DNA from: a virus
Virus record (IMG/VR): IMGVR_UViG_3300038797_000001
Location: 1-41,318 of that record
Direction: 5' to 3' (one strand)
DNA: 41,318 nt
Of this stretch, positions 18,281 to 28,470 are shown one piece after another. Positions within the stretch are counted from its first letter, which is position 1. Every line of letters starts with the position of its first letter. The position numbers and the translations under genes are program-made. The notes beneath the pieces were generated by a model. It was given only the letters and a program-made list of their open reading frames with translations, did not search any database and was not told the origin of the DNA.

Positions 18281-18294
18281 CAAGGAGGTGACAC

Positions 18295-19914
18295 ATGGCA
18301 ACAACGACCCGAGAAGGTCTCGCGGAGGAAGGCGCTAAGGCCGTTTACGAACGACTGAAGAACGACCGAGTTTCCTACGAGACACGAGCGGAGAGTTGCG
18401 CAGCAGTCACCATCCCGTCCCTGTTTCCGAAAGACTCCGATAACGCATCGACCAGCTATACCACTCCGTGGCAAGCGGTTGGCGCTCGTGGTCTCAACAA
18501 CCTGTCCGCCAAGGTGATGCTCGCTTTGTTCCCGTTGCAAACGTGGATGAAGCTGAAGGTCTCTGAATGGCAAGCCAAGCAACTGGTCACCGACCCGTCG
18601 CAACTGGCAGTGGTGGAACAAGGCTTGGGCATGGTCGAGCGAATCCTGATGTCGTACATGGAAGCCAACTCGTACCGCGTGACGCTCTTTGAGTTGATCC
18701 GACAGTTGGCCCTTTGCGGCAACGGTTTGCTCTATCTGCCACCTCCCGATGCAACCTCTTCGGCCTACAACCCGATGAGGCTCTACACGCTCCACAACTA
18801 CGTTTGCCAACGGGACTCCTACGGCAACGTCCTGCAACTCGTGACCGTCGATAAGGTGGCCTATGCGGCCCTCCCTGAGGACGTCCGAGTATCCCTGCAA
18901 GGTGACTTTACGCCTGAGCAGGAGGTCGAGGTTTACACTCACGTCTACCTTGACGACGAGTCCGGCGAGTTCCTGTCCTATCAGGAGATCGATGGGGTCG
19001 AAGTGGATGGCACCGATGGTCAGTATCCTGTGGATGCCTGCCCGTGGATTGCCGTTCGTTGGACTAAGCGTGACGGTGAGCACTATGGCCGCTCCCATGT
19101 TGAAGAGTACCTCGGCGACTTGACGTCCCTTGAGAAGCTCCATGAGGCCATGATTAAGTTCTCGATGATCGCCTCGAAGGTGGTCGGTCTGGTGAACCCC
19201 AACGGGATCACTCAGGTTCGACGCATCGTCAAAGCTCAAACCGGTGACTTCGTTCCGGGCCGTAAGGATGACATCTCGTTCTTGCAGCTTGAGAAGACCG
19301 CCGACTTCACGGTTGCCAAGCAGGTAGCCGATGCAATCGAAGGGCGTCTGTCCTACGTCTTTATGTTGAACAGTGCAGTGCAACGACAAGGTGAACGCGT
19401 TACAGCCGAAGAGATTCGGTATGTGGCGTCTGAACTGGAGGACACCCTTGGGGGCGTCTATTCGATCCTCTCGCAGGAACTCCAGTTGCCTATCGTCCGC
19501 ATCCTGTTGAATCAACTTCAGGCGACCTCGCAGATCCCCGATATGCCGAAGGAGGCCGTTGAGCCAACCGTGAGTACCGGTGTGGAAGCACTGGGTCGCG
19601 GTCAGGATCTCGACAAGCTCAACCAGTTCCTCAGCGCAATGACAAACGTGAGTCAGCTACAGGCTGATCCAGACCTCAACATGAGCAACATCAAGTTGCG
19701 TCTGGCGAATGCTATAGGCATCGACACCTCTGGTCTGCTGCTCACTGAGGCCGACAAGGCTCAGCTCCAGTCCCAAGAGATGCTCAAGCAGGGCGGTCTT
19801 CAAGCTGCTGCTGGTATCGGCTCTGGTCTGGCTGCTCAGGCAACTGCGAGTCCCGACGCTATGCAGTCCGCAATGGATACCGCTGGGGTCGAGGCTACCT
19901 CGCTCCAAGGTTAA
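18295..19914 (+). CDS. gp8: Portal (head-tail connector) protein
   Basis: GLAEEGAKAVYERLKNDR...IPSLFPKDSDNASTSYTTPWQAVGARGLNNL closely matches T7 gp8. Confidence 0.96.
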   Translation: MATTTREGLAEEGAKAVYERLKNDRVSYETRAESCAAVTIPSLFPKDSDNASTSYTTPWQAVGARGLNNLSAKVMLALFPLQTWMKLKVSEWQAKQLVTDPSQLAVVEQGLGMVERILMSYMEANSYRVTLFELIRQLALCGNGLLYLPPPDATSSAYNPMRLYTLHNYVCQRDSYGNVLQLVTVDKVAYAALPEDVRVSLQGDFTPEQEVEVYTHVYLDDESGEFLSYQEIDGVEVDGTDGQYPVDACPWIAVRWTKRDGEHYGRSHVEEYLGDLTSLEKLHEAMIKFSMIASKVVGLVNPNGITQVRRIVKAQTGDFVPGRKDDISFLQLEKTADFTVAKQVADAIEGRLSYVFMLNSAVQRQGERVTAEEIRYVASELEDTLGGVYSILSQELQLPIVRILLNQLQATSQIPDMPKEAVEPTVSTGVEALGRGQDLDKLNQFLSAMTNVSQLQADPDLNMSNIKLRLANAIGIDTSGLLLTEADKAQLQSQEMLKQGGLQAAAGIGSGLAAQATASPDAMQSAMDTAGVEATSLQG

Positions 19915-19934
19915 AAACCCTCACTATGGCTACA
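19912..19934 (+). promoter_or_regulatory. Phage-RNAP promoter, late type (TAAAAACCCTCACTATGGCTACA)
   Basis: Full 23-mer match. Overlaps the portal stop codon. Confidence 0.85.
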
Positions 19935-19980
19935 GAGAATGTCCTGAATGCACGAGGTTAGGAAACGTGCCTCTGTAGCC
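19928..19980 (+). promoter_or_regulatory. 5' leader stem-loop of the scaffold transcript
   Basis: GGCTACAGAG (19928-19937) is complementary to CTCTGTAGCC (19971-19980). Inner stem is GCACG / CGTGC (19950-54 / 19966-70). Confidence 0.6.
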
Positions 19981-20001
19981 TCATTTTCTTAAGGAGACAC
20001 T

Positions 20002-20979
20002 ATGCGTATTGCAGTAATTGGTGGCGGTATGATGCACGTTCTCGGCGCGGCTATGATGGGCGCCATGTACCGCTCTGCTGATGTCTATGCGGAGTTCGGT
20101 GTTAACGGCGCTGTCATGTCCTCGAACAACATCACCGAACACGAGCAGAACATGCTCTCGCTGCCAACCAGCGTTCGCGATGGCGATGACTCCATCACCC
20201 TGTCTACCCCGGATGACAACGCCCTTGAAGGCGACCTGCTGCCAGCCGAAGACGACAACGGTGAAGACGTACAAGTTGACGATGGAACCGACAACAACCA
20301 GTCCGATGATGTCACCAATGAAGGTGGCGAGGACGATGGTGATGCCGATGATTTCACCCCGCTCGGCGAGCCTGATGACGAACTCGTTAAGGCATCCGCT
20401 GAGATCGATGAGTACGCTGACGGTTTCTCTCAGATGCGCGCTCAGGCAATCAAGGCCGGTCTCCCTCAGGACATCGCTGATCGTGTCGAGCGTGAATACG
20501 AGCAGGACAACCAGCTCTCCGAGGACTCCCTCAAGGAACTCGAAAAGGTCGGTTATTCCCGTGGCTTCGTGAAGTCGTTCATTCAGGGCCAAGAGGCCCT
20601 CGCTCAGACCTACGTTGCGCAGATCCAAGCGTATGCCGGTGGCCCTGAGAAGTGGAACGCCATCACCAGCCACCTTCAGGCGAACTCCCCGGACGCGATG
20701 GTTGCCCTTGAGGAAGCGATCAGTCGTCAAGACCTCGCCTCGATCAAGACCATCATCAACCTCGGGATGGCCAGTCGAACCAAGAAGTTCGGCAAGACCC
20801 CTGATCGTTCGGTCAACAAGCGTGCTCCTGCAAGCGGCCCTAAACAGGCTCCTTCGAAAGGCCCCAAAGGGTTTGCAAACCAGCGCGAGATGATCGCCGC
20901 TATGAGCGACCCGAAGTATCAGAACGATGCGGAATACCGTGCGCTCGTTGAGCAGCGTGTAGGCCGTTCGAGCTGGTAA
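20002..20979 (+). CDS. gp9: Capsid assembly (scaffolding) protein
   Basis: ADVYAEFGVNGAVMS..EHEQNML, a highly acidic middle region and a C-terminal MSDPKYQNDAEYR parallel T7 gp9. AAGGAG RBS at ATG 20002 gives an N-terminal extension of about 20 aa, so the start is uncertain. Confidence 0.9.
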   Translation: MRIAVIGGGMMHVLGAAMMGAMYRSADVYAEFGVNGAVMSSNNITEHEQNMLSLPTSVRDGDDSITLSTPDDNALEGDLLPAEDDNGEDVQVDDGTDNNQSDDVTNEGGEDDGDADDFTPLGEPDDELVKASAEIDEYADGFSQMRAQAIKAGLPQDIADRVEREYEQDNQLSEDSLKELEKVGYSRGFVKSFIQGQEALAQTYVAQIQAYAGGPEKWNAITSHLQANSPDAMVALEEAISRQDLASIKTIINLGMASRTKKFGKTPDRSVNKRAPASGPKQAPSKGPKGFANQREMIAAMSDPKYQNDAEYRALVEQRVGRSSW

Positions 20980-20990
20980 TCCACCGGATT

Positions 20991-21013
20991 TAAAAACCCT
21001 CACTATGGCTTAC
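20991..21013 (+). promoter_or_regulatory. Phage-RNAP promoter, late type (TAAAAACCCTCACTATGGCTTAC), phi10-equivalent
   Basis: 23-mer match, followed by leader hairpin CGAGACTTC...GGAGGTCTCG (21016-21047). Confidence 0.85.
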
Positions 21014-21082
21014 GTCGAGACTTCACCCATTCGCTTGGGAGGTCTCGCCGTGCCTTAAAGAATCTTATAGAAGGAGACACAA

Positions 21083-22111
21083 ATGGCTAACGCAAATGGC
21101 GGTCAACAACAAGGTGCTAACCAAGGCAAGGGTCAGAACCCGGCTGACAAACTGGCTCTGTTCCTCAAGGTCTTCGGTGGCGAAGTTCTGACTGCATTCG
21201 TGCGTCGTTCGGTCACCATGGACAAGCATATGGTTCGTACCATCCAGAACGGCAAATCTGCCTCGTTCCCGGTCATGGGCCGCACCAAGGGTTACTACCT
21301 CGCTCCGGGCGAGAACCTCGATGACAAGCGTAAGGACATCAAGCATTCCGAGAAGATCATCCAGATCGACGGCTTGCTGACCTCCGACGTTCTGATCTAC
21401 GACATCGAGGACGCGATGAACCACTACGACGTCCGCGCTGAATACTCGGCGCAACTGGGCGAAGCTCTGGCCATCGCTGCTGACGGTGCTGTACTGGCCG
21501 AGATGGCGAACCTGTGCAACCTGCCAGCGGCCTCGAACGAGAACATCGCTGGCCTCGGTACTGCAATCGTCCTGAACATCGGCGCTGCTGCTGATCTGGT
21601 CGATGTCGAAGCTCGCGGCAAGGCGATCCTGAAGGGTCTGACCTCGGCTCGCGGCAAGCTGACCAAGAACTACGTCCCTTCGGGTGACCGTCGTTTCTAC
21701 TGCTCGCCTGACGACTACTCGGCGATCCTCTCGGCTCTGATGCCGAACGCTGCGAACTACGCTGCGCTGATCGACCCTGAGACCGGCAACATCCGCAACG
21801 TGATGGGCTTCGAAGTTATCGAAGTTCCGCATCTGGTCGCTGGTGGTGCAGGTACTGACGCCGATGGCACCGCTCAGAAGCACGCCTTCCCGGCCACTGC
21901 TACTGGCGACGTCAAGGTTGCTCAGAACAACGTGATCGGCCTGTTCAACCACCGCTCCGCTGTCGGTACTGTGAAGCTGAAGGACATGGCTCTGGAGCGC
22001 GCTCGTCGCCCTGAGTTCCAAGCTGACCAGATCATCGGCAAGTACGCGATGGGCCACGGCGGTCTGCGTCCTGAAGCTGCTGGTGCGCTGGTCTTCACTC
22101 CAGCCGCGTAA
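21083..22111 (+). CDS. gp10: Major capsid protein
   Basis: [47 protein letters not shown] and [13 protein letters not shown] closely match T7 gp10A. Confidence 0.97.
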   Translation: MANANGGQQQGANQGKGQNPADKLALFLKVFGGEVLTAFVRRSVTMDKHMVRTIQNGKSASFPVMGRTKGYYLAPGENLDDKRKDIKHSEKIIQIDGLLTSDVLIYDIEDAMNHYDVRAEYSAQLGEALAIAADGAVLAEMANLCNLPAASNENIAGLGTAIVLNIGAAADLVDVEARGKAILKGLTSARGKLTKNYVPSGDRRFYCSPDDYSAILSALMPNAANYAALIDPETGNIRNVMGFEVIEVPHLVAGGAGTDADGTAQKHAFPATATGDVKVAQNNVIGLFNHRSAVGTVKLKDMALERARRPEFQADQIIGKYAMGHGGLRPEAAGALVFTPAA

Positions 22112-22115
22112 CACT

Positions 22116-22154
22116 AAAACCCCATGGGGCCTCTATGGCTTCGTGGGGTTTTTT
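22116..22154 (+). terminator. Tphi-like terminator after the capsid gene
   Basis: AAAACCCCA (22116-22124) pairs with TGGGGTTTT (22144-22152) and is followed by a T-run. The inner palindrome is CCCCATGGGG. Confidence 0.8.
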
Positions 22155-22170
22155 CATTAAGGAGATCTCA

Positions 22171-22761
22171 ATGCGCTCTTACGAAGCAACACTCGAAACA
22201 GGAGACGAACTCGCAGCCATCAACGACATGCTCGCCGCTATCGGTGAGAGTCCTGTGAGTTCCCTCGAAGGTGACTCCAACGCTGACGTAGCGAACTGTC
22301 GCCGACTGCTCAACAAGGTCAACCGGGAAGTCCAAGCGAAGGGCTGGGCGTTCAACATTGAGGAAGGCGCAACGCTGACTCAGGACGCTTTCAGTGGACT
22401 CATCGAGTACATGAGCGACTACCTGAAGATGACCAACACCGGGGGTACAGCGTTCATCAACCGAGGCGGTTACGTCTACGACACCACTGCCAAGACTGAC
22501 GTCTTCTCCGGCCCGATCACCGTCAACCTGATCCGCCTGCGAACCTACAACGAGATGCCTGAGTGCTTCCGTTCGTACATCGTCGCTAAGGCCTCTCGCA
22601 GATTCAACATGCGGTTCTTTGGTGCCGGTGAGATCGAAGGATCCCTGCAAGAAGAAGAGTCCGCCGCGTGGCAGGCCTGTCAGGAATACGAGATCGAATT
22701 CGGTGGCTACAACATGCTCGATGGTGACTCGTTCACCGGGGGCCAAATCTCTCGAAGCTAA
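22171..22761 (+). CDS. gp11: Tail tubular protein A
   Basis: MRSY..., [35 protein letters not shown] and [13 protein letters not shown] match T7 gp11. AAGGAG RBS. The track start at 22135 was rejected. Confidence 0.95.
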   Translation: MRSYEATLETGDELAAINDMLAAIGESPVSSLEGDSNADVANCRRLLNKVNREVQAKGWAFNIEEGATLTQDAFSGLIEYMSDYLKMTNTGGTAFINRGGYVYDTTAKTDVFSGPITVNLIRLRTYNEMPECFRSYIVAKASRRFNMRFFGAGEIEGSLQEEESAAWQACQEYEIEFGGYNMLDGDSFTGGQISRS

Positions 22762-22770
22762 GGAGGGCCT

Positions 22771-25173
22771 ATGGGTCTCGTTTCGCAATCCGTCAAGAAC
22801 CTCAAAGGCGGGATCTCGCAGCAGCCGGACATTCTCCGGTTCTCGAACCAAGGCCAGATGCAAGTCAATGGATGGTCATCGGAGACCCAAGGTCTTCAGA
22901 AGCGGCCACCAACCACGTTCCTCAAGCGCATCCACGTTCCCAATGCGTTTGGCCCAAAGCCGCTTGTCCACCTGATCAATCGGGACGCCGTGGAGCAATA
23001 CTACGTTGTCTTCTACGGCACTGGCGTCAACGTCTACGACCTCAAGGGAAACAACTACGCAGTCCGGGGCTACAACGGGTACGCCAACGTGGCAAACCCA
23101 AGGACAGACCTTCGGATCATCACCATCGCGGACTACACCTTTGTGGTGAACCGAAAGACCGTGACACAGATGAACTCGACCCTGACCGCACCGGGTTACC
23201 CTGCGCTCAACCAGCGGTGCCTCATCAACATCCGAGGCGGTCAATACGGCCGGGCGCTCACGATCTACATCAACGGTATCAACTTCGGCTCCATTCAGAT
23301 GCCCAACGGTTCCGCCGAAAAGGTTCCTGCTGGTCAGCCGTATGCAGGCATGAACCAAGTGGACATGACGGACGCCACATGGATCGCCAACACGATGGCT
23401 GCTGGTATCAATACGGTCTTTGGCCCTAACGGATGGCATGCAGATGCTGGCCCCGGCTGGATCATGGTTACGGCCCCCGGTGGTCAAGTAATCAGCTCCG
23501 TGGCGACTTATGACGGCTACGCTGGTCAGCTCATGTCGTCGTTCATCTATCAGGTGCAGACCTTCAATAAGCTCCCCGCTCAGGCCCCCAATGGGTACAT
23601 CGTTGAGATCACCGGGGAGTCCGCCAAGTCAGGCGATAACTACTGGGTCATCTACGACTCCGTGGCGCAGGTCTGGAAGGAGACAGCGAAGCCCAAGATC
23701 ATCCAAGGGCTGAACCAATACACCATGCCTCACGCGCTCGTTCGGGCCGCTGATGGACAGTTTGATTGGACACCTTTGAACTGGGATGGGCGGACTGCTG
23801 GTGATGACACGACCAACCCGATGCCGTCCTTCGTGGGCGGTACGATTAACGACGTGTTTTTCTTTCGGAACCGCTTAGGGTTCCTCTCGGGTGAGAACGT
23901 CGTGATGTCCCGGACGTCGAAGTATTTCAACTTCTTCCCGGCCTCCGTGGCGACCCTCAGTGATGACGATCCGATTGACGTGGCGATCAGTCACAACCGG
24001 ATCTCGATCTTGAAGTACGCGGTGCCATTCTCCGAGCAGCTCTTGCTCTGGAGCGATCAGGCTCAGTTCGTGTTGTCGTCCAACGGGATCCTTTCCTCGA
24101 AGACGATTGAGCTGGATCTGACCACTGAGTTCGACGTGAGTGATGGTGCTCGACCATACGGCATTGGCCGGGGCGTGTACTTCGCTGCACCTCGGGCTTC
24201 CTTCACGTCCCTTAAGCGCTACTACGCGATTCAGGATGTCTCCGACGTGAAGTCCGCTGAGGACGTCTCTGCACACGTTCCAAGCTACCTGCCTAACACC
24301 GTGTTCAATCTCCACGGGTCGGGCACTGAGAACTTCGTGAGCATCCTCTCAGACGGCGAGCCGGGTTCCGTCTTCATCTACAAGTTCCTGTACTTGGATG
24401 AGAAGCTGGTGCAGCAATCATTCAGCCATTGGACTTTCGGTGAGAACACCCGTGTGCTGGCCTCGGCGAGCATCGGATCGTACTGCTACCTGATGCTGGA
24501 GAGACCTGAAGGGATCACAATGGAGCGCATGGAATTCACGCAGCACACCATCGACTTCAACATCGAGCCTTATCGGGCCTATATGGACATGAAGAAGGTG
24601 GTCACGCTGGGCGCCTACAACATCGACACCAACCTGACGGAACTCGACCTGACGTCCGTTTACGGGGGCGTTCCCGGTGCAGACGCTGAGTTCTATACCC
24701 TCGACCAGCAAGGCGTCACAACTCTGTTCTCAGGGCCTTGGAACGGATCCTCGAAGCTGTACTTCCCCGGCAACCGTCAGGGCGTGCAGATGATCATCGG
24801 GAAGAAGTACACGTTCCAATACGAGTTCTCGAAGTTCCTCATCAAGCAGACCGCTGACGATGGCAGCACCTCGACCGAGGACATTGGCCGTCTCCAGCTT
24901 CGCCGTGCGTGGTTGAACTACGAGCAGTCCGGTGCCTTCGAGATCAACGTTAACAACGGGTCTTCCGATTACGTCTATGTGATGTCCGGTGGACGCCTCG
25001 GGACAGCTATGACACTCGGCGAACTCTCGCTGGGTACTGGTCAGTTCAAGTTCCCGGTCACCGGTAACGCAATGAAGCAACGAGTCACCATTACGTCCGA
25101 CTCGCCGAACCCTTTGAATATCATCGGATGCGGCTGGGAGGGTAACTACATTCGCCGATCTTCCGGCATCTGA
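22771..25173 (+). CDS. gp12: Tail tubular protein B
   Basis: GLVSQSVKNLKGGISQQPDILR...QVNGWSSETQGLQKRPP matches the T7 gp12 N-terminus. 800 aa. Confidence 0.95.
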   Translation: MGLVSQSVKNLKGGISQQPDILRFSNQGQMQVNGWSSETQGLQKRPPTTFLKRIHVPNAFGPKPLVHLINRDAVEQYYVVFYGTGVNVYDLKGNNYAVRGYNGYANVANPRTDLRIITIADYTFVVNRKTVTQMNSTLTAPGYPALNQRCLINIRGGQYGRALTIYINGINFGSIQMPNGSAEKVPAGQPYAGMNQVDMTDATWIANTMAAGINTVFGPNGWHADAGPGWIMVTAPGGQVISSVATYDGYAGQLMSSFIYQVQTFNKLPAQAPNGYIVEITGESAKSGDNYWVIYDSVAQVWKETAKPKIIQGLNQYTMPHALVRAADGQFDWTPLNWDGRTAGDDTTNPMPSFVGGTINDVFFFRNRLGFLSGENVVMSRTSKYFNFFPASVATLSDDDPIDVAISHNRISILKYAVPFSEQLLLWSDQAQFVLSSNGILSSKTIELDLTTEFDVSDGARPYGIGRGVYFAAPRASFTSLKRYYAIQDVSDVKSAEDVSAHVPSYLPNTVFNLHGSGTENFVSILSDGEPGSVFIYKFLYLDEKLVQQSFSHWTFGENTRVLASASIGSYCYLMLERPEGITMERMEFTQHTIDFNIEPYRAYMDMKKVVTLGAYNIDTNLTELDLTSVYGGVPGADAEFYTLDQQGVTTLFSGPWNGSSKLYFPGNRQGVQMIIGKKYTFQYEFSKFLIKQTADDGSTSTEDIGRLQLRRAWLNYEQSGAFEINVNNGSSDYVYVMSGGRLGTAMTLGELSLGTGQFKFPVTGNAMKQRVTITSDSPNPLNIIGCGWEGNYIRRSSGI

Positions 25174-25195
25174 TGAGGTGCGCCATGGTGTGGAA

Positions 25196-25218
25196 TAAAA
25201 CCCCTCACTATGGCCACC
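25196..25218 (+). promoter_or_regulatory. Phage-RNAP promoter, late type (TAAAACCCCTCACTATGGCCACC)
   Basis: 23-mer match with C at -12. Confidence 0.85.
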
Positions 25219-25232
25219 CTAAGGGGTTCTAA

Positions 25233-25670
25233 GTGATTTTACGCAAAGCTACAGAACAGGATCTGATCCAAGCCGCTGGGAACCTCTCGAAGGGCGATCT
25301 GCAAGAGTTCCACATGAACATCCCTAACCGGGATCCCCGTGAGGTTCTCCCAAAGGCGCTCGATGAGACGACCCATGCGATTGTGATCGGCTCCATGGTT
25401 CTTGCCGTAGGTGGCTCGAAGTTCCCGGACATCTGGTTTGTGACCACGACCGTAGTGGACACACTGTCCCACGCTGAGCGCTTCAGGTTCTACAGGATGC
25501 TCAAGGAACACCTGACGGTAGTGCAGCACACCAATCAACGGATGATGACCAACTACGTCTCTCTACAAAACAAACCGCATATCCGGCTGCTCGAATCCCT
25601 CAACGCTCGTTTCTCTGAGTCCACGGTGATGAGTCAGGCCGGATTTGCATTTAGACAATTCTGGCTATAG
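25233..25670 (+). CDS. Protein at the gene 13 position (internal virion/assembly protein A equivalent), 145 aa
   Basis: AAGGGG lies 6 nt before GTG 25233. The position between gp12 and gp14 is conserved in T7-likes. The function is positional only. Confidence 0.7.
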   Translation: MILRKATEQDLIQAAGNLSKGDLQEFHMNIPNRDPREVLPKALDETTHAIVIGSMVLAVGGSKFPDIWFVTTTVVDTLSHAERFRFYRMLKEHLTVVQHTNQRMMTNYVSLQNKPHIRLLESLNARFSESTVMSQAGFAFRQFWL

Positions 25671-25681
25671 GAGGTCTCGCT

Positions 25682-26254
25682 ATGTGCGAACCAGTCTCTA
25701 TCGGCATGGCCGCTGTCGCCCTCGTTGGTGGCGTCATGGCCGCGAAGGACAAATCAAAGGGCGAGGGTGCTGCTGAGGATGCTCAACGCCGTAGCGCCCG
25801 TGAGCAGGTCAAGCAGATGAACATGGCCAACGCCAACCTGCAACTGACTGCCCAAGACCAGCAAGAGGAAGCCCGTCGCCAGCTCTCTGAAATCAACCTT
25901 CAGGCTGTGCGTAACCGTGGCACGATCCGTACTGCTATCGGAGAGTCGGGTCTCTCAGGGAACTCGATGCGGCGCATTCAGAACTCGGTTGAGAACGAGG
26001 CGAGCGCTCAGCGCATGTCCGTCACCGACAACTACAGGCGCGACTATCAGTCCCTCTTCGCGAACCAGATCGCCAACACCGAGAACACCAAGTCGGCCCT
26101 CAAAGGTCAGGCCCAAGTGATCCGCACCTCGGGTCTCTCTCAGGCTCTTGGGGTCGTCTCAAGTGGTGCTCAAGGGTACGCGGCAGGACAGGGCATTGCG
26201 TCCAGTTCGGCAGCATCCAAATCAACCGGTACAGCCAAGGGAGGTGCTAAGTAA
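25682..26254 (+). CDS. gp14: Internal virion protein B
   Basis: MCEP..., IRTAIGESGLSGNSM and TDNYRRDYQSLFANQ parallel T7 gp14. Confidence 0.92.
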   Translation: MCEPVSIGMAAVALVGGVMAAKDKSKGEGAAEDAQRRSAREQVKQMNMANANLQLTAQDQQEEARRQLSEINLQAVRNRGTIRTAIGESGLSGNSMRRIQNSVENEASAQRMSVTDNYRRDYQSLFANQIANTENTKSALKGQAQVIRTSGLSQALGVVSSGAQGYAAGQGIASSSAASKSTGTAKGGAK

Positions 26255-28452
26255 TGGCCAATGAAATTGCCAAGGCGGTCGAGCAGTCCAAGATGGGCGG
26301 CACGCAGAAGCTCAGCGGCTCCACGGCGACCGTACAGTTCCAAGCGTCTGCTCAAAGGGCGCCTGTGGGAAACAACGGATTCGCTGAAGAGATGCAGCGC
26401 TTCGTGAAGGCCGGTACGGCTGTGTATGGCAGCTATCAGGAACAGGCCAAGAAGGAAGCTGATGAGCGCTCTAACGAGATCATCCGCAAGCTGACCCCTG
26501 ACCAGCGCCGAGCAGCCATCGCCAACGGGACTCTCCTGTATCAGGACGACCCGGACGCAATGAACATGCTTCGATTGAAGTCCGGTCGCTCAGCAGCCTA
26601 CGACGTTGAGTCGGAGATCCAGACCAAGATCCAATCCGGTGAGTTCGACGACAAGGACGACAAGTACCTTGCGGAGTATCGGCAGCAGCGCCTTGCTCAA
26701 TCGGCAGCGGACTACGCGAAGTCTGTAGGGATCGATGAGAACGACCCTGAGTATCAGAAGGGCTTCAATGCGGACATCGTACAGCGCAACGCGGGGATCT
26801 TCGATCTACACGCGCAACGTCGGTCGAAGTGGTATCAAGCTCAGGCCGCTGTGAACACCCGTGGGGATCTCGGGGCTGCTCTGGATGACCAGTCCATTAT
26901 GAACTCCCCTGAGGGCGCTCAGGTCTTCTCCGGCTACATCAACGATGGCCTGAAGAACGGTCAATTCCCGTCCGACAAGCAGGCGCTCGATTCGTTGAAC
27001 ATGCTGGTCAAGGAGGCCATGAACAAGCCCGGTGGCTCGAAGATGCTCACGAATCTCGGAGAGCAGGAGCTGAATGTGCTGGGAGGCCCACGGAAGATCA
27101 AGGATCTGCTCGACCCGGACGTCTACCAGCATTCGATCGTTACCGCTCAGGCGAACGAGTACAAGCGCAACGCTGACCTCAATCGTGACTTTGAGCTGCA
27201 CCTGACGACCGCTGTCAGTCAAGAGGATCCAGCCACGGGCATGCAGCAGATCCAAGCGATCCGCGCTCGCAACAACTGGATTCAAGATACCGGCGACATG
27301 ACACCTCAGAAGCAGGCTCTGATTAACGCTGAGCAGCAACTGATCCAACGGGTTCGTCAGAACTCCGCGAAGATCGCTGAGGACACCACCAAGGCCATCC
27401 AGACGGATAACCGAGTGGCTGTCATCAAGAACGCCTTGGCCGCTCGCATCGCTGGCAAGCAGGTCTCTGTCGATCCGAAGATGCAGGAGGTCACCGCCGA
27501 CACCGGAGAGTTCAAGGATTCAGATCTCGCCACGGCAGCCTCTCAGATCATGCAGGACATCGACCGGGCACAACTCCCGGATGACCAGAAGGATCAGATG
27601 CGCGCTGCATACCTGCGAGCTGACAAGGAAGGTGGGCCGTTCCAGTCGCACTACAAGGCTCTCATCGTTGATGCACAGCGTGAGTGGGCCAATGCTGTAC
27701 GAGCTGGCGAACCGGGTGACATGAAGCGCATCACTGAGTTGCAGCGGGCCTATGCGGCTGACCCTGCGACCCTCGGCGCTGTGTTCCCTGAGTCGGCTGA
27801 TTTCCTTGAGCAGATGAAGGATGCTGCTGAGTCAGGCATTGACCCTCAGATCCTGATTGATGCCGAGCGCAGCAAGAAGGTCTCCGTTGACGAACGCAAG
27901 TTCCGAGACGAGAAGTGGACTGAGCTGATGAACGACACCTCGAACAAAGACCTGTCGTCTATCCCCGGCAATCTCCAGCGCACCGCAAGGACTCTTTACG
28001 ACGGCTACAACGAACGCACGGGCAACCCTGAGCAGGCCAAGCAGAAACTCTCTGAGTGGCTCCAGAAGAACACCGTCGCTTTCACTGAGCCAGACGATGA
28101 GTCCGCCTACCGTGGCCGTCTCTCGAAGAAGGATCTCATGGCAGACCCTAACGACGTGAACTCATGGAACTCCGGTAAGGAGATCATCGAGGACACCTTG
28201 AAGGGACTCGCTGGGAATCCTGAGTGGGCCGACACCTCAATGGATGTCACCACGGACGGTAACGGCAACATCGCGATCACCAGCATCAACGGTCGTCGCA
28301 TCCGCATCTCTCGGGAATCCCTACGTCTCATCCACGCAGCTCGCCAACAAGCAGCCGCAGAGGCCAAGTTCCAAGAAGAGAAGAACTCGACCCAACGTGG
28401 TGGAGCGCTCTACAACCAGTACATGAAGGGAGGCGCTAAAGGCCCTCTCTAA
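26254..28452 (+). CDS. gp15: Internal virion protein C
   Basis: ADERSNEIIRKLTPDQRRAAIANGTLLYQDDPDAMN matches T7 gp15. 732 aa. Confidence 0.93.
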   Translation: MANEIAKAVEQSKMGGTQKLSGSTATVQFQASAQRAPVGNNGFAEEMQRFVKAGTAVYGSYQEQAKKEADERSNEIIRKLTPDQRRAAIANGTLLYQDDPDAMNMLRLKSGRSAAYDVESEIQTKIQSGEFDDKDDKYLAEYRQQRLAQSAADYAKSVGIDENDPEYQKGFNADIVQRNAGIFDLHAQRRSKWYQAQAAVNTRGDLGAALDDQSIMNSPEGAQVFSGYINDGLKNGQFPSDKQALDSLNMLVKEAMNKPGGSKMLTNLGEQELNVLGGPRKIKDLLDPDVYQHSIVTAQANEYKRNADLNRDFELHLTTAVSQEDPATGMQQIQAIRARNNWIQDTGDMTPQKQALINAEQQLIQRVRQNSAKIAEDTTKAIQTDNRVAVIKNALAARIAGKQVSVDPKMQEVTADTGEFKDSDLATAASQIMQDIDRAQLPDDQKDQMRAAYLRADKEGGPFQSHYKALIVDAQREWANAVRAGEPGDMKRITELQRAYAADPATLGAVFPESADFLEQMKDAAESGIDPQILIDAERSKKVSVDERKFRDEKWTELMNDTSNKDLSSIPGNLQRTARTLYDGYNERTGNPEQAKQKLSEWLQKNTVAFTEPDDESAYRGRLSKKDLMADPNDVNSWNSGKEIIEDTLKGLAGNPEWADTSMDVTTDGNGNIAITSINGRRIRISRESLRLIHAARQQAAAEAKFQEEKNSTQRGGALYNQYMKGGAKGPL

Positions 28453-28470
28453 CCAACCTTAGGAGGACTC

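Noticed and set aside
22085-22175. Possible T7-style -1 frameshift producing a capsid 10B extension
   Set aside because: There is no slippery heptamer near the capsid stop; the sequence is CTGGTCTTCACT rather than a G GTT TTC-type site. The -1 frame simply runs through the terminator into gene 11, so a fusion product is implausible.
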